Source of the DNA: Candidatus Woesearchaeota archaeon
GTDB taxonomy: Archaea > Nanobdellota > Nanobdellia > Woesearchaeales > UBA12501
Assembly: GCA_030651375.1 (NCBI GenBank)
Contig: JAUSFM010000006.1
Span: forward strand, 12,646-76,645
DNA length: 64,000 nucleotides
Direction of reading: 5' to 3'
Shown here: positions 1-9,605 of the stretch, one piece after another
Position numbering within the stretch: position 1 is the stretch's first letter
Layout: each line of letters opens with the position of its first letter
The notes under the pieces: model-generated
The model's input: only the letters and a program-made list of their open reading frames with translations
The model's database searches: none
What the model was told of the DNA's origin: nothing
Position numbers and translations under genes: made by a program

Positions 1-258
1 CAACTTTTTCTGCAGTTCCATTGCCTTCGCGGGGTCTTTTTTGCTTGTTTCCTTAATCTCCTTTTGCAGTGCCTTGGTCTTTTCACGGATTTCGCGCATA
101 CGCTCCTGATTTGTCACAAGTTTGTACACCAGCGTGGTCAATGCTGAAATTACCAGGGAAATGATAAACAATGCCCAAAACGGGCCGAGCTTCAGAAGGG
201 GGAGAAGTACCGGGTCAAGAATACTTCCAACCATTGTTCCCAGTGCTTCAAATACCAT
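1..258 (-). CDS. DUF106 / EMC3-TMCO1 (Oxa1 superfamily) membrane protein, runs off the window edge
   Basis: Not in the ORF track. Manual translation MVFEALGTMVGSILDPVLLPLLKLGPFWALFIISLVISALTTLVYKLVTNQERMREIREKTKALQKEIK... gives a TM helix then a coiled coil; usual position downstream of secY. Confidence 0.85.
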   Translation of the reverse strand, partial: MVFEALGTMVGSILDPVLLPLLKLGPFWALFIISLVISALTTLVYKLVTNQERMREIREKTKALQKEIKETSKKDPAKAMELQKKL

Positions 259-260
259 TG

Positions 261-1670
261 TTAGATGTCCATCATTTTTTTCATCATCGGATGCATATCA
301 TACATATGCTGTTTTGCAATGTCTTCATACAGCCGATACACAATCATAATCGAGAGGAGCAAGGATGTGCCGTTGACCAGCGCACCCATAACGTCAGCAA
401 CACCGGCGAGGAATCCAATTGATAGGCCACCCATAATTGTTAATGGTCCAATATACCTTTGCAGGATACGCTCCATAATTCGCGGGTCCTGGCGGAAACC
501 AGGAATACTAAGCCCTGACTTTAGAATCTGCTTTGCCTGGCTGTTCGCGTCCATGCCTGAGGTTTGCACCCAAAAATAGGAAAAGATGGTTGCGCCAATC
601 ATCAATATAAGGATATAAAATACTGCAACCGCAATTAATCCTCCGGTTACCGTGCCCTTAATAACTGCATCAAGAATGTTCGGGGGTGACAGCCACATGA
701 CCAATCCTGTTGCAGGGCTGTTTCCCACAAACGTGCCCAGAAATGGATGCCCCCAATTTTGGAGTAGCCGTGCCCAAAGTTGTATGTTTGCCAGAAGTGC
801 TGCAATTAAAATAACCGGAATGTTGCTCGTGTACATAAAATTGAGCGGCCAGCGGATTGCATGCCCGCGCACACGGCCAAAGGAAAGTGGAATCTCAACC
901 TTCATTGATTGCCCATACACTGCCATACAAAAAATGACTGCAGTTGTTGCAATGGTTGCCAAGGCAAGCGCCGCACCGACCGGGTTTGCCGTCAGCAAGG
1001 AGTGGAACAATTCCAATAATTTTCCAATCGGTGCTTCAGTGCCGAATGGCCAGCCCATTGATCCTGACGTCGTAAATGGGGAAAATAGGCGGATAAAAAG
1101 TTGTTTGGCAACACCCGCAGCGATAAACAAACTAATACCGGAGCCAAAGCCCCATTTGCTTACCACTTCATCCATAAACATGATAAGCATGCCGCCGATA
1201 AACAGCTGGAATACAATCAAGAGCTCGAGCCAAAAATAAAGTGCCGTACCTGCATGTTGTGCCGGTGGTGCAAGGCCGCCCATAAAAACATAAATACATG
1301 CTTCAAAGATAACGAAAAAAATCGCTGTACATTTCTGCACGGCCTGAAAGTTTTTCTTTCCTTCCGGCGTGCTTGTGTCAAACTTTATCAGGCCGGAACC
1401 GTTCAGCAACTGGATAACGATAGATGCAGTGACCAGCGGGCCAATTCCCAGTGAGATAATTGAGCCGAATTCTGCGCCGAGAATCAGGGATAAAAATTCA
1501 AACTGTTCCAGCGCATTTGCGCCGAGCCCAAACAAGCTGACCATACCCAACACAAAGAAAAGTACCAGCGTGAGCAGTGTCCATTTCATCTTTTCCTTAA
1601 ATCCCAGTTTTCGTTGGGAAGGCCCACCTACCTCGGGGAGGTATGCTGCAAGCGTCTTGATGAATGACAT
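261..1670 (-). CDS. secY: Preprotein translocase subunit SecY
   Basis: About 10 TM helices; LGIGPLVTASIVIQLL, WGFGSGISLFIAAG, YTSNIPVIL, IPGFR motifs. Start trimmed to MSFIK. Confidence 0.98.
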   Translation of the reverse strand: MSFIKTLAAYLPEVGGPSQRKLGFKEKMKWTLLTLVLFFVLGMVSLFGLGANALEQFEFLSLILGAEFGSIISLGIGPLVTASIVIQLLNGSGLIKFDTSTPEGKKNFQAVQKCTAIFFVIFEACIYVFMGGLAPPAQHAGTALYFWLELLIVFQLFIGGMLIMFMDEVVSKWGFGSGISLFIAAGVAKQLFIRLFSPFTTSGSMGWPFGTEAPIGKLLELFHSLLTANPVGAALALATIATTAVIFCMAVYGQSMKVEIPLSFGRVRGHAIRWPLNFMYTSNIPVILIAALLANIQLWARLLQNWGHPFLGTFVGNSPATGLVMWLSPPNILDAVIKGTVTGGLIAVAVFYILILMIGATIFSYFWVQTSGMDANSQAKQILKSGLSIPGFRQDPRIMERILQRYIGPLTIMGGLSIGFLAGVADVMGALVNGTSLLLSIMIVYRLYEDIAKQHMYDMHPMMKKMMDI

Positions 1671-1710
1671 GGGTGGACTAACCTGTTTATCCTTTTTTAA
1701 TCTTCTGTTT

Positions 1711-2199
1711 CTATTCTGATTTTTCTGATGCAGATTCGCCGCCTGCATCTGCTGATGAATTAAGAACGATAAGCTTTCCGCCGGCTTTTTCAACTTTTTC
1801 ACGAACTTTTGCTGACGCATATTCTGTCGTTAATGCCCATTTTTTCGTGACATGCCCTGCGCTCAACACTTTATTGTATCCTGCTTTTTTCAGGTCAACT
1901 TCAATAACACCGCCTTTTTCCTGCGCTGTTCCTGCTGCCTGAAGTGCTGGCAGGTGGGTTTCAATCCAGCCAAGGTTGACTGCAGTAATGATAGATCTAT
2001 TTTTCTTTTTGAATCCGTGCTTGCCAAAGACAATGCCCAACTTAAGCATGGATGGCTTTTTTTGGTCTGCACGCTTTCCTGAGCCGGCACGGCCAACGCC
2101 GCCACGGTGGCCTGAGCCACGCCGCTTTTTCTTTGAGCCGCCGCCATGCGCTTTGCTGCCGCGGTATGCCCGTACTTTTCTTCGTTTGTTAACCGTCAT
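1711..2199 (-). CDS. rpl15: 50S ribosomal protein L15 (uL15)
   Basis: RGSKAHGGG..RGSGHRGGVGRAG, FGKHGF; operon position. Confidence 0.97.
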   Translation of the reverse strand: MTVNKRRKVRAYRGSKAHGGGSKKKRRGSGHRGGVGRAGSGKRADQKKPSMLKLGIVFGKHGFKKKNRSIITAVNLGWIETHLPALQAAGTAQEKGGVIEVDLKKAGYNKVLSAGHVTKKWALTTEYASAKVREKVEKAGGKLIVLNSSADAGGESASEKSE

Positions 2200-2226
2200 T
2201 GTTTCATCTCAATAATGTTCTGATTT

Positions 2227-2598
2227 TCATATCATACGTTGCAGGAGTTCGTTAATCTTTTCACGACGCTCACCCAGCGCCCCACCAACGACAAAACTTC
2301 GTTTGATTCCTTTTCTTCCATGTCCCTTGCGAGGTGGCGCAAGGAAAAACACATTCTCATGCTTTGAAGCACGTTTTGTGCGTAGGAGCGTTTCTGTTTC
2401 TGCATCGGGGATTCCCCACGTGACATAATCCTTCACTTTTCTCAGCATACCGCGAAGCACCTGCGAGTCATTGTAGATGACGCACACATGTTTCTTGCGC
2501 AGGCGAAGCATGTCGAGCGTTGAACGTATCTGGCCGTTCAGGTTTACATCGCCGCGGATGCGGACGACAACCACTTTGGATGATGCGTCTTTTGTCAT
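2227..2598 (-). CDS. rpl30: 50S ribosomal protein L30 (uL30)
   Basis: VVRIRG, TLDMLRL, GMLRKVKDYVTWG, LAPPRKG. Confidence 0.96.
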   Translation of the reverse strand: MTKDASSKVVVVRIRGDVNLNGQIRSTLDMLRLRKKHVCVIYNDSQVLRGMLRKVKDYVTWGIPDAETETLLRTKRASKHENVFFLAPPRKGHGRKGIKRSFVVGGALGERREKINELLQRMI

Positions 2599-2633
2599 GA
2601 GGATTCCTGCGTTGTTTTTGTTCTTTTATTTTT

Positions 2634-3548
2634 TTATTCCACCACTGCGGGTTCAGCAGGTGTTTCATATACACCAGTCGCACCTGCAGGGCCATCAACA
2701 ATGCCCAGTGTTTCAATATGCACCGGCAGTGTTTTCGTCTTCATAAGCTGCTCGAGCGCATCCATACAGGCGAGGATGAGATTTGCCTTCGTGCCAACGT
2801 TTCCAAACGTCTTGGTCCAGACATCCTTGATGCCTGCAAGCCGCAGTATCTTCTGGCACTCTTTTTCAGCGATGAGCCCTTTACCTTTTGGCGCTGGGAT
2901 GAGCTTGACGCGGACTGAGCCGCAGCTGCCGACAACCGTATACGGTACGCTGTGCGGCTGGCGGCAATTGCATTGCCATGAGCCACAGCCACGTCGAATC
3001 ATGCGGATGTTGAGGCGTGCATTTCTAAATGCTTTTTCACGTGCAGGCACGGTCTCTTTTGCCTTGCCCTTGCCGAGGCCCACAAATCCATTGCGGTTGC
3101 CGACAACCGCGTACGCGGAAAATTTCGGCTTGTTTCCTTCCATTGTTTTTTTCTGGGTTTGCTTAAACACACGCCGCTGTCCGCCGCCAAATTTCCCTTT
3201 TGCTTGGCCGACGAGGAGTAGGTCTGTTTCAGCGCCGGGCATGAGTGCGTCAATTATCTGTGATTCCTGCACTCTGCCGCCCTGCTCAAAAATTTGTTTA
3301 AGGTCAGTAAGCTGGCCCGCTTTAACTTTCTTGCCTATCTCTGTTTTTGGCGTCCATGACTCTATTTCTTTGGTGCTTGCTGCAGGAATGACTATTGCAG
3401 CTTCAGGATCAACAATGACTGGTGCTGGCTCTTTTTCCTTTTCCACGGTTATTTCCGGTATCTCAACTATGTCTTCCGGTGCCGCAGCTTCAGGAGCTGC
3501 TTGTTGTGCTTGTTTTGGTTCTTTCTTCGTGCGTGCCATAGGTTTCAC
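2634..3548 (-). CDS. rps5: 30S ribosomal protein S5 (uS5) with acidic N-terminal extension
   Basis: WTPKTEIGK, VVGNRNGFVGLGKGK, RGCGSW, LIPAPKGKG. Alternative start 3539. Confidence 0.97.
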   Translation of the reverse strand: MKPMARTKKEPKQAQQAAPEAAAPEDIVEIPEITVEKEKEPAPVIVDPEAAIVIPAASTKEIESWTPKTEIGKKVKAGQLTDLKQIFEQGGRVQESQIIDALMPGAETDLLLVGQAKGKFGGGQRRVFKQTQKKTMEGNKPKFSAYAVVGNRNGFVGLGKGKAKETVPAREKAFRNARLNIRMIRRGCGSWQCNCRQPHSVPYTVVGSCGSVRVKLIPAPKGKGLIAEKECQKILRLAGIKDVWTKTFGNVGTKANLILACMDALEQLMKTKTLPVHIETLGIVDGPAGATGVYETPAEPAVVE

Positions 3549-3560
3549 ATAAGTAGTTGA

Positions 3561-4139
3561 TTATTGTTTGAGCAATTTTGCTTTTATTTCTTGACATCGT
3601 TTCGGCATATCCTCAGGATTGAGCCCTTTTTTGATGTAGCCGGAAAACTGTTTTTCATAGCGTGATCGTTCTGCTTTTATCTTTTTACTATACTCGCTGA
3701 TATGCTCTCCATTCACCCGTTTCTCATCCGGCAGCACTTCGTCAGCAACAGGCACATGCACGCCTGCATCTTTTACTCCTTTGACGACAGTATACAAGAC
3801 GGATCTCTTGACTGGTTTTCCCAATCCAAGGTCAGGAATGAGTGTGGTTATTTTTGCCTTTTTTGCTTTTGCACCCATGAGCAATCCCAGCAGGTATGCT
3901 GCGGGCTGGTTGGTATTCCCATAGGTCCAGCCATGCGCTGCAAGCTCGCGCGTGTGCGCTGATGCAAGGACACGGTCGCCTTCCGGGCTAAATGAAACTG
4001 CTTGCGCAGCAATGTGCTTGAGCGATACGCGAATCACGAGGCGCGGTGTGCGCGATTTCAGGAGCTTGAGCCGTCTCCGGTAATCAGTTTTCCCTGCTCC
4101 TTTGCGCCGGTACGGCACGGTTCGTATTTTTGAGGTCAT
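3561..4139 (-). CDS. rpl18: 50S ribosomal protein L18 (uL18)
   Basis: GKTDYRRRLKLL, PRLVIR, NQPAAYLLG. Confidence 0.97.
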   Translation of the reverse strand: MTSKIRTVPYRRKGAGKTDYRRRLKLLKSRTPRLVIRVSLKHIAAQAVSFSPEGDRVLASAHTRELAAHGWTYGNTNQPAAYLLGLLMGAKAKKAKITTLIPDLGLGKPVKRSVLYTVVKGVKDAGVHVPVADEVLPDEKRVNGEHISEYSKKIKAERSRYEKQFSGYIKKGLNPEDMPKRCQEIKAKLLKQ

Positions 4140-4174
4140 GGTGCTTCTCGGTATTTTATTTATTCATTATTTCT

Positions 4175-4666
4175 TTATTTGTTCACTTTTTTTGCTTCTT
4201 TTTCTTTTGCTGTCTCTTTTTTTATAAACAGGTTGTTCTCTTCCAAAAACAGCGCAAGGTGGCGCTTGCTTCTGTATGAACCACCCTTTGCGCGGCCGTA
4301 CATGGTTCGATATGTTTCTTGAGTAATGCGTGCATAGTCTTTCAGCTCTTTCAAAAACAGGCGTTGGAGTCTGATCCTATTTATCCATGCTTCTTTGGGA
4401 TGCGTACGCGCAGTCTTCCTGCCTCGACGGCTTCCAAACCCTTTCTGCCGCCCTTTTTGGCGCTGGGATTTTCGCTTTCGTGCGCGGCCGCGTGAGCGTG
4501 GCTCATCCGGCTTTTGCTGGATTTTGCCTGCAACAATAAGGCCGCGGATATCAGCCGAGGTGATTGCTTCCTTTATCTTTTCCAAATAGGCTGGGTCAAA
4601 CCAGACCTTTTTCGGGGAGCATCCCAACACTGCTGCTGCCAATCGGCGCTGGACGGTAAAATGCAT
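4175..4666 (-). CDS. rpl19e: 50S ribosomal protein L19e
   Basis: QRRLAAAVLGC, VWFDP, GFGSRRG, WINRIR, AKGG. Confidence 0.97.
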   Translation of the reverse strand: MHFTVQRRLAAAVLGCSPKKVWFDPAYLEKIKEAITSADIRGLIVAGKIQQKPDEPRSRGRARKRKSQRQKGRQKGFGSRRGRKTARTHPKEAWINRIRLQRLFLKELKDYARITQETYRTMYGRAKGGSYRSKRHLALFLEENNLFIKKETAKEKEAKKVNK

Positions 4667-4675
4667 GGGTATCAC

Positions 4676-5266
4676 TTAGTTTGTGTGCGTTAAAATCTGG
4701 TCAATTTCTTTTTTTTCTTGTTTTTTTCGCTCTTCTTCACTCACTTCTTCAGCAGGATCTTTTTTTTCTGCCGCCTTTTCCTTTGCCTTTTGTTCGCCTT
4801 CTTTCTTCTTTTTCTCTTTTTCAGAGAAAAGCAGTCGGCGGTCATCCTGGCGTTTTTTCATTCCCGCAGCAACTTCAGCGATGAAGTTCTGAGGATTTTT
4901 GAGTGAAAGCGTAAGGCCTTTTTTCATGGCTGCTTCAACAAGCTGCACTCTTTTTTTAGTGCCGACTCCTGCGGCAACAATCACGACGTGCTCTTTTGTT
5001 GCTCGTGCAAGTCCATTTATGTTTTCAATAACAAGTGGTATCCTACCTGCTTGGTCGCGTCCACTAACTGCCCGAGGAGCGCCATACCCAGTTGAAGGAG
5101 GATTTATGTGGCCCTTTCTTTTTTCACGAATCTTCGATTGGTGGCCGCGTGCACGCCGCCATTTTCCCTTCACGCGCGTCTTTCTTTTTTTATCCTGCCG
5201 CAGGAAAAAGGGCTTACGCAGTTTCAGCCGCTTTCTTGTTTCCAACAGTTTTTTGATGTCTGCCAT
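4676..5266 (-). CDS. rpl32e: 50S ribosomal protein L32e with charged C-terminal extension
   Basis: KPFFLRQD, KWRRARGHQSKIR, PSTGYG. Confidence 0.96.
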   Translation of the reverse strand: MADIKKLLETRKRLKLRKPFFLRQDKKRKTRVKGKWRRARGHQSKIREKRKGHINPPSTGYGAPRAVSGRDQAGRIPLVIENINGLARATKEHVVIVAAGVGTKKRVQLVEAAMKKGLTLSLKNPQNFIAEVAAGMKKRQDDRRLLFSEKEKKKKEGEQKAKEKAAEKKDPAEEVSEEERKKQEKKEIDQILTHTN

Positions 5267-5311
5267 GGTTTGTTTGTGCGTTTTTATTTTTCGTTTCTAC
5301 TTTTTTTGTTT

Positions 5312-5863
5312 TTATTCAATCGCTTTTCCATCTTTTGTCGTTATGTAAATACCGTCTTGAAAGATGCGGCGGTCACGATTTTTTACAACAGTGAGTTTTT
5401 CAATGTTTGCTGCGCATTGGCTTACCGGTTCGATTGCGGCTCCCTCAACAACTACTTCCTGCCCCTCTACCTTTACTTTGATGGATGAATCAAATTTCAG
5501 TATGCGTGGGTTTTTTTCACCCAAAAAGTTTTTGACACTGAATTCAGTTGCTCCTGCAGTAACAGTCATGGGAAAATGGCCTGAGCATATCTTGAGCCGG
5601 TACTCGTGGCCTTCGGCTGCTCCCCGCAGCATGTTTGCAATGTGTGAGTCGATCGTGTTTATCATTTTCTTTTCGCGCGCCGTCGCCTGGCTGCTGTGAA
5701 TAATAACCTTGTTGTTCTCACTGCGTATCTTGATGTACGGGTGTTTCCATTCACGGGTAATTTCTCCCTTCGGTCCTTTGACCGTGACGCGCGATTCGTG
5801 TGCAACCTGCGCAGTAATACCTGCAGGAATGTCCAGTTCCGTGGTAAGGGTTGTTTTTTTCAT
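5312..5863 (-). CDS. rpl6: 50S ribosomal protein L6 (uL6)
   Basis: VKGPKG, HFPM, NFLGEK, DRRIFQDGIY. Confidence 0.98.
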   Translation of the reverse strand: MKKTTLTTELDIPAGITAQVAHESRVTVKGPKGEITREWKHPYIKIRSENNKVIIHSSQATAREKKMINTIDSHIANMLRGAAEGHEYRLKICSGHFPMTVTAGATEFSVKNFLGEKNPRILKFDSSIKVKVEGQEVVVEGAAIEPVSQCAANIEKLTVVKNRDRRIFQDGIYITTKDGKAIE

Positions 5864-5885
5864 GGTTGTTTGTTTTTAGTAACAT

Positions 5886-6275
5886 TTAGTAACAGTAGGA
5901 GACCATTTTTCCGCCGAGGCGCTTTGTTTTTGCATCGGCATGGCTCATCATTCCCTGGCTCGTTGAAACAATAATGATCCCGAAATCCCGCGCTGGGAGG
6001 AAACGCTTCTCAAATTTTTCATATTCTTTCATTGTGATTGGAAAGCGCGGCTTAATAGCGGCACAAATATTTATCTTGCCGAGTAAATGCACGACAAGGC
6101 TGCCACCACGAGCATCGGCCTTCTCTTCCCACGAGCCAATGTAGTGCTTCTCCTGCATGATCTTAAGCACCGTTTTGATTATGCGTGAAACAGGGCGAAT
6201 CGTGCAGGTCATCCTGCCGATTTTTTCAGCATTGTTGATGGCTGCCAGCGCACTGGCCAGAGTATCGTTTTGCAT
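5886..6275 (-). CDS. rps8: 30S ribosomal protein S8 (uS8)
   Basis: DTLASAL, IKPRF, LPARDFG, STSQGMMSH. Confidence 0.98.
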   Translation of the reverse strand: MQNDTLASALAAINNAEKIGRMTCTIRPVSRIIKTVLKIMQEKHYIGSWEEKADARGGSLVVHLLGKINICAAIKPRFPITMKEYEKFEKRFLPARDFGIIIVSTSQGMMSHADAKTKRLGGKMVSYCY

Positions 6276-6290
6276 TCAGTTCACCATTCG

Positions 6291-6521
6291 TTAATTGTAT
6301 TTTTTGAATCCAAGGTTCCGTGCAACTTCGCGGAAGCATTGTCGGCACAGGTCAAGCCCGTACTTGTTTATGTGAGCGCGAATGCGGCCGCATCGCCGGC
6401 AGCGGTGGAGCGAAATGCCACAGCTTCGTGTCCGGGGCGCATTATGCTTTTTGTATTTTTTCAGCTTTATCGGCTTTGCCTTCAGCTGTTTGAATACCTT
6501 TTTGTAATTACTGTACGTCAT
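6291..6521 (-). CDS. rps14: 30S ribosomal protein S14 (uS14, Zn-binding)
   Basis: CRRCG...[19 protein letters not shown]. Confidence 0.97.
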   Translation of the reverse strand: MTYSNYKKVFKQLKAKPIKLKKYKKHNAPRTRSCGISLHRCRRCGRIRAHINKYGLDLCRQCFREVARNLGFKKYN

Positions 6522-7033
6522 TCTTCGTCACCAATCCGCACCTTAAACTGGCTCTGGAAAAAACCAACAGCTTCTTCTCGTGTGATGCGGTGTTTTTTTC
6601 CAATTAATTTCTTGTCCGAGCGCCGCTTGATGCGGAAGCCCGGCCGTTCGAGTGTCACGCAGACCTGGAGACCCATAATGCCAATTTCCGGGTCATACTT
6701 AATCCCACCAATGTCAATATACTCGTGAATGCCAAATGACACATTGCCATGCTCGTCAAAATTCTGCAGCCCCAACGCGTTCGTCTTTGCCTCAAGCAGG
6801 CGCGGCAGAAGCTCGACTGCTTTTTTCTTGCGCAGCGTTATTTTGCAGCCAATCGGCAGGCCAGGACGGAGCCCCCATGCAGGCAACCGTTTCTGCGTTA
6901 CCGTTGTTATCGGCGTGCCGCTCGTAATATTCTTGAGGAGTTTCAGCCCTTTTTTGAGCACTTCCTGATTCTTTCCTGCACCTATATTCAGCGTCAGTTT
7001 CTCAATCCGGAGTGTGCGCATAGGATTATTCAT
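6518..7033 (-). CDS. rpl5: 50S ribosomal protein L5 (uL5)
   Basis: [35 protein letters not shown]. Confidence 0.98.
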   Translation of the reverse strand: MNNPMRTLRIEKLTLNIGAGKNQEVLKKGLKLLKNITSGTPITTVTQKRLPAWGLRPGLPIGCKITLRKKKAVELLPRLLEAKTNALGLQNFDEHGNVSFGIHEYIDIGGIKYDPEIGIMGLQVCVTLERPGFRIKRRSDKKLIGKKHRITREEAVGFFQSQFKVRIGDEE

Positions 7034-7745
7034 GAGTTTCCTCGGGGAGTGTTATTTCGGTTTTTTCCGCGCCAATAACCACGGCGTACCGCTGCGCGGT
7101 TTCTGCTTTTGCTTTGCCCTTCAGTGTGGTAAATCCTATGACTCCATCGCGAACAGCATCAAGCGTTGCCGCCATTCCCATCGACTTGCCGCCGATGAAA
7201 AACAGCGTGCATCCTGTTTTGAACGGAAGGTGAGCCTGTATTTTTTTTGTTGAGCGGTTAAACAGTACACTGTCGCCGCAGCGGTACTGGGCCGCTTCTT
7301 TTTTTGGGACCAGAATGTTTCTGCCATTGTCGCCATTGATCTGGCAATTGTTTTTGTCAACATCATTTTTGCCGACAATTCGTACAAGGTTGAGCTGTTT
7401 TTCTTTTTCAGGAATTTTGACGGCAATCAAGCGCCCATGCGTATCAAGAAACATGCGGTAGCACTCTTTCAAATCAGGAATTTCAACAACGTCAAACAGC
7501 CCGACAGGAATTTTCTCATCGCGAACTCTGTTGCCATTGATAAGTACTTGTTTGTTATGGATGATGTACTTCACTTCTTTTTGGGTGTTGGCACATTTGA
7601 TGATGCCTTTCATGAATAGGGCGATAGGGAGTGCGTACTGTTTAGGCTGGCCGCTGGGCAATGCACGAACCGTGAATACCTCTTTCTTGCGGACAAGAGG
7701 CCATGATTTCGGTGCTGATATACTTTTTTGGTGGTATTTTACCAT
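7026..7745 (-). CDS. rps4e: 30S ribosomal protein S4e
   Basis: APKSW, PVGLFDVV, YAVVIG. Confidence 0.96.
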   Translation of the reverse strand: MVKYHQKSISAPKSWPLVRKKEVFTVRALPSGQPKQYALPIALFMKGIIKCANTQKEVKYIIHNKQVLINGNRVRDEKIPVGLFDVVEIPDLKECYRMFLDTHGRLIAVKIPEKEKQLNLVRIVGKNDVDKNNCQINGDNGRNILVPKKEAAQYRCGDSVLFNRSTKKIQAHLPFKTGCTLFFIGGKSMGMAATLDAVRDGVIGFTTLKGKAKAETAQRYAVVIGAEKTEITLPEETHE

Positions 7746-7765
7746 TGCGTTTTCTCCTTATTGTT

Positions 7766-8143
7766 TTAGTGTTTCAATTGTTCTTCCCGGCGCTTGTCGC
7801 TCAGGTTTAATTCAGTGATGAGGATTTTTGAGGGATTGACACCTCGTGGTTTTTGGGTGCCGTCCTTGCGCGTCACGCTGATTCCGGTTATGTACACGCA
7901 CTCTTTTGTGTAACTGACCTGATCCACCTTTCCCGTTTTTCCTTTGCTTGAGCCGCGAAGCACACGCACGGTGTCGCCTTGATGCACGGTTGCTGCGTTG
8001 GTGTTATACTTCTTTTTCAATTCCTTTGCGAGCGGGCTTTGCATGCGTTTTTTCCGGAGGTGCAGGGGCAGGTTTGCACGGTACTTACGCTGCTTGCGTG
8101 GCTTCGTTGATGCCTTCCATGCCGATGACCAGGTTTTTTCCAT
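7766..8143 (-). CDS. rpl24: 50S ribosomal protein L24 (uL24)
   Basis: SxKPRKQRK, GDTVRVLRG KOW motif. Start trimmed to MEKTW. Confidence 0.96.
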   Translation of the reverse strand: MEKTWSSAWKASTKPRKQRKYRANLPLHLRKKRMQSPLAKELKKKYNTNAATVHQGDTVRVLRGSSKGKTGKVDQVSYTKECVYITGISVTRKDGTQKPRGVNPSKILITELNLSDKRREEQLKH

Positions 8144-8157
8144 GTTCTTACACTCAT

Positions 8158-8559
8158 CTATACAATCACACTGGCAAGTTTTGCAATTGCCGGCCAGCGG
8201 TCGCATGCTTCTTTTGCAATTGGGCCCTTGAGCAGGGTTCCCTTAGGATTTCCTTTGTCGTCTTTAAGGATAACAATTGAGTTGTCTTCAAACATGATGT
8301 GCATGCCATCCGGCCGGCGGTACTGCTTTTTCTGGCGCACAATAACACCGAATGCGGTCTTCTTTCGCATGTCCGGCTTTCCTTTTTTGACCGAGACTTG
8401 TACCAGGTCGCCAACGCCTGCTGACTGGATGCGCCCGCGCCGTGTCTTGTGGCCTCTGACGGAAAACATTCGCACTTGTTTGGCGCCGGAATTATCACAG
8501 GGCTCCATATAGGTGCCGACTGGAATTCCCCGTGTGACATTTGCTTTATGTGCTTGCAT
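8158..8559 (-). CDS. rpl14: 50S ribosomal protein L14 (uL14)
   Basis: DNSGAK, AGVGD, FEDN, PKGT..KGPIAKE. Confidence 0.98.
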   Translation of the reverse strand: MQAHKANVTRGIPVGTYMEPCDNSGAKQVRMFSVRGHKTRRGRIQSAGVGDLVQVSVKKGKPDMRKKTAFGVIVRQKKQYRRPDGMHIMFEDNSIVILKDDKGNPKGTLLKGPIAKEACDRWPAIAKLASVIV

Positions 8560-8561
8560 GA

Positions 8562-8996
8562 TTATTCATCCCGTTTCTGTTTTGCTGCTTTTTCTTTTGA
8601 TTCCTTTGCTTTTTTTTCCTGCGCAGCAACTGCCGTGACGTCTTCACCGCGTATCTTGTTCTCTGCGCCGAGATTCTGGATAACCACAAAGTTTTTGGTC
8701 TTGCTTATTGGCCGTGTTTCAATGATCTTGACACTATCACCTTCGCGTGCTGGAATGCATGTTGGAAGATGCGCGTGTATCTTGGTCCGCCGCATTTCAT
8801 ACCGCTCATATTTTGGCAGGTAGTACCGGCGGTCCCAAGTGATGGTTGCTGTTTTTTGTGCTTTGTTGGCAACCACGGTTCCGACGAACATTCTCTTTTT
8901 TACGCTGAGCTGTCCATGGAATGGGCATTTCTTGTCGCTGCACGCTGTTGGCGTTCCCTGCATTCCGAAGATTGTTTTGCTTTTCATGGTGATCAT
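8562..8996 (-). CDS. rps17: 30S ribosomal protein S17 (uS17)
   Basis: CSDKKCPFHG, PKYERY, ETRPISKTK. Confidence 0.98.
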   Translation of the reverse strand: MITMKSKTIFGMQGTPTACSDKKCPFHGQLSVKKRMFVGTVVANKAQKTATITWDRRYYLPKYERYEMRRTKIHAHLPTCIPAREGDSVKIIETRPISKTKNFVVIQNLGAENKIRGEDVTAVAAQEKKAKESKEKAAKQKRDE

Positions 8997-9045
8997 TTTT
9001 TTGGTAGTGGTATTCTTTTCATGTTTTTCTTTTTTTACGTTGGTA

Positions 9046-9357
9046 TCACATTTCTATGTCAATCATCTCTTGTGGGAAACCCAGTTTGGTGAGCACGGCC
9101 TTTGCTTTGCTCTTATGGTTGCCTTGCAGTTCGATGCGGTTGTCCTTGATAGTTCCTCCGCACGCAAATGAGTTCTTGAGTTTTTTTATCAAGTCTTTCT
9201 CATCAAGGTCTTTGAGGTCAATGCCAGTAATCATGGTGTATTGTTTTCCGAACTTTCGTTTTTCAATGCAGACGGTTATGCGTTGGCTTTCTTTCGCTAT
9301 GGTCTCGCATACGCAGAGCTCTTTAGGCAATCCACACGTGCTGCAAATCTCACTCAT
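9046..9357 (-). CDS. sui1: Translation initiation factor SUI1 (aIF1)
   Basis: GLPKELC, ACGGTIK, IELQGNH. Confidence 0.97.
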   Translation of the reverse strand: MSEICSTCGLPKELCVCETIAKESQRITVCIEKRKFGKQYTMITGIDLKDLDEKDLIKKLKNSFACGGTIKDNRIELQGNHKSKAKAVLTKLGFPQEMIDIEM

Positions 9358-9595
9358 GCTTGGTCATCACCTTGGTTTGTTTATGTTCATTTCGTTCGTT
9401 TCCTTTTCTCTGTTGGGTGAGCGTGAGTATCCGTGCAATGGCGCGCCGGTTATTGCGCACAGCGTACGGGTTTTTCTGGCTGGCGCCTGTTGCGGTCTGG
9501 CCGCGAAGCTTCACAAGCTCCTTTTCGAGCTCAGTCTTTCGTTTGGCAAGGTCGCCTGCGTTTAGTGCAATCAAATTTTTGTATGCTTTGGTCAT
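9350..9595 (-). CDS. rpl29: 50S ribosomal protein L29 (uL29)
   Basis: ELEKELVKLR...NP..RRAIARILT; between S3 and SUI1. Start trimmed. Confidence 0.93.
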   Translation of the reverse strand: MTKAYKNLIALNAGDLAKRKTELEKELVKLRGQTATGASQKNPYAVRNNRRAIARILTLTQQRKGNERNEHKQTKVMTKHE

Positions 9596-9605
9596 GATAG
9601 TCAAC

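Noticed and set aside
2701..3552. Long antisense ORFs (also 35392-36228, 43553-44623, 49422-50399)
   Set aside because: Shadow frames of well-supported genes on the opposite strand.
6985..7005. Genome-wide CUG Leu-to-Ser reassignment
   Set aside because: CTG encodes hydrophobic-position Leu (L5 EKLTLNIG uses CTG twice) and a canonical tRNA-Leu(CAG) is present; at most conditional ambiguity.
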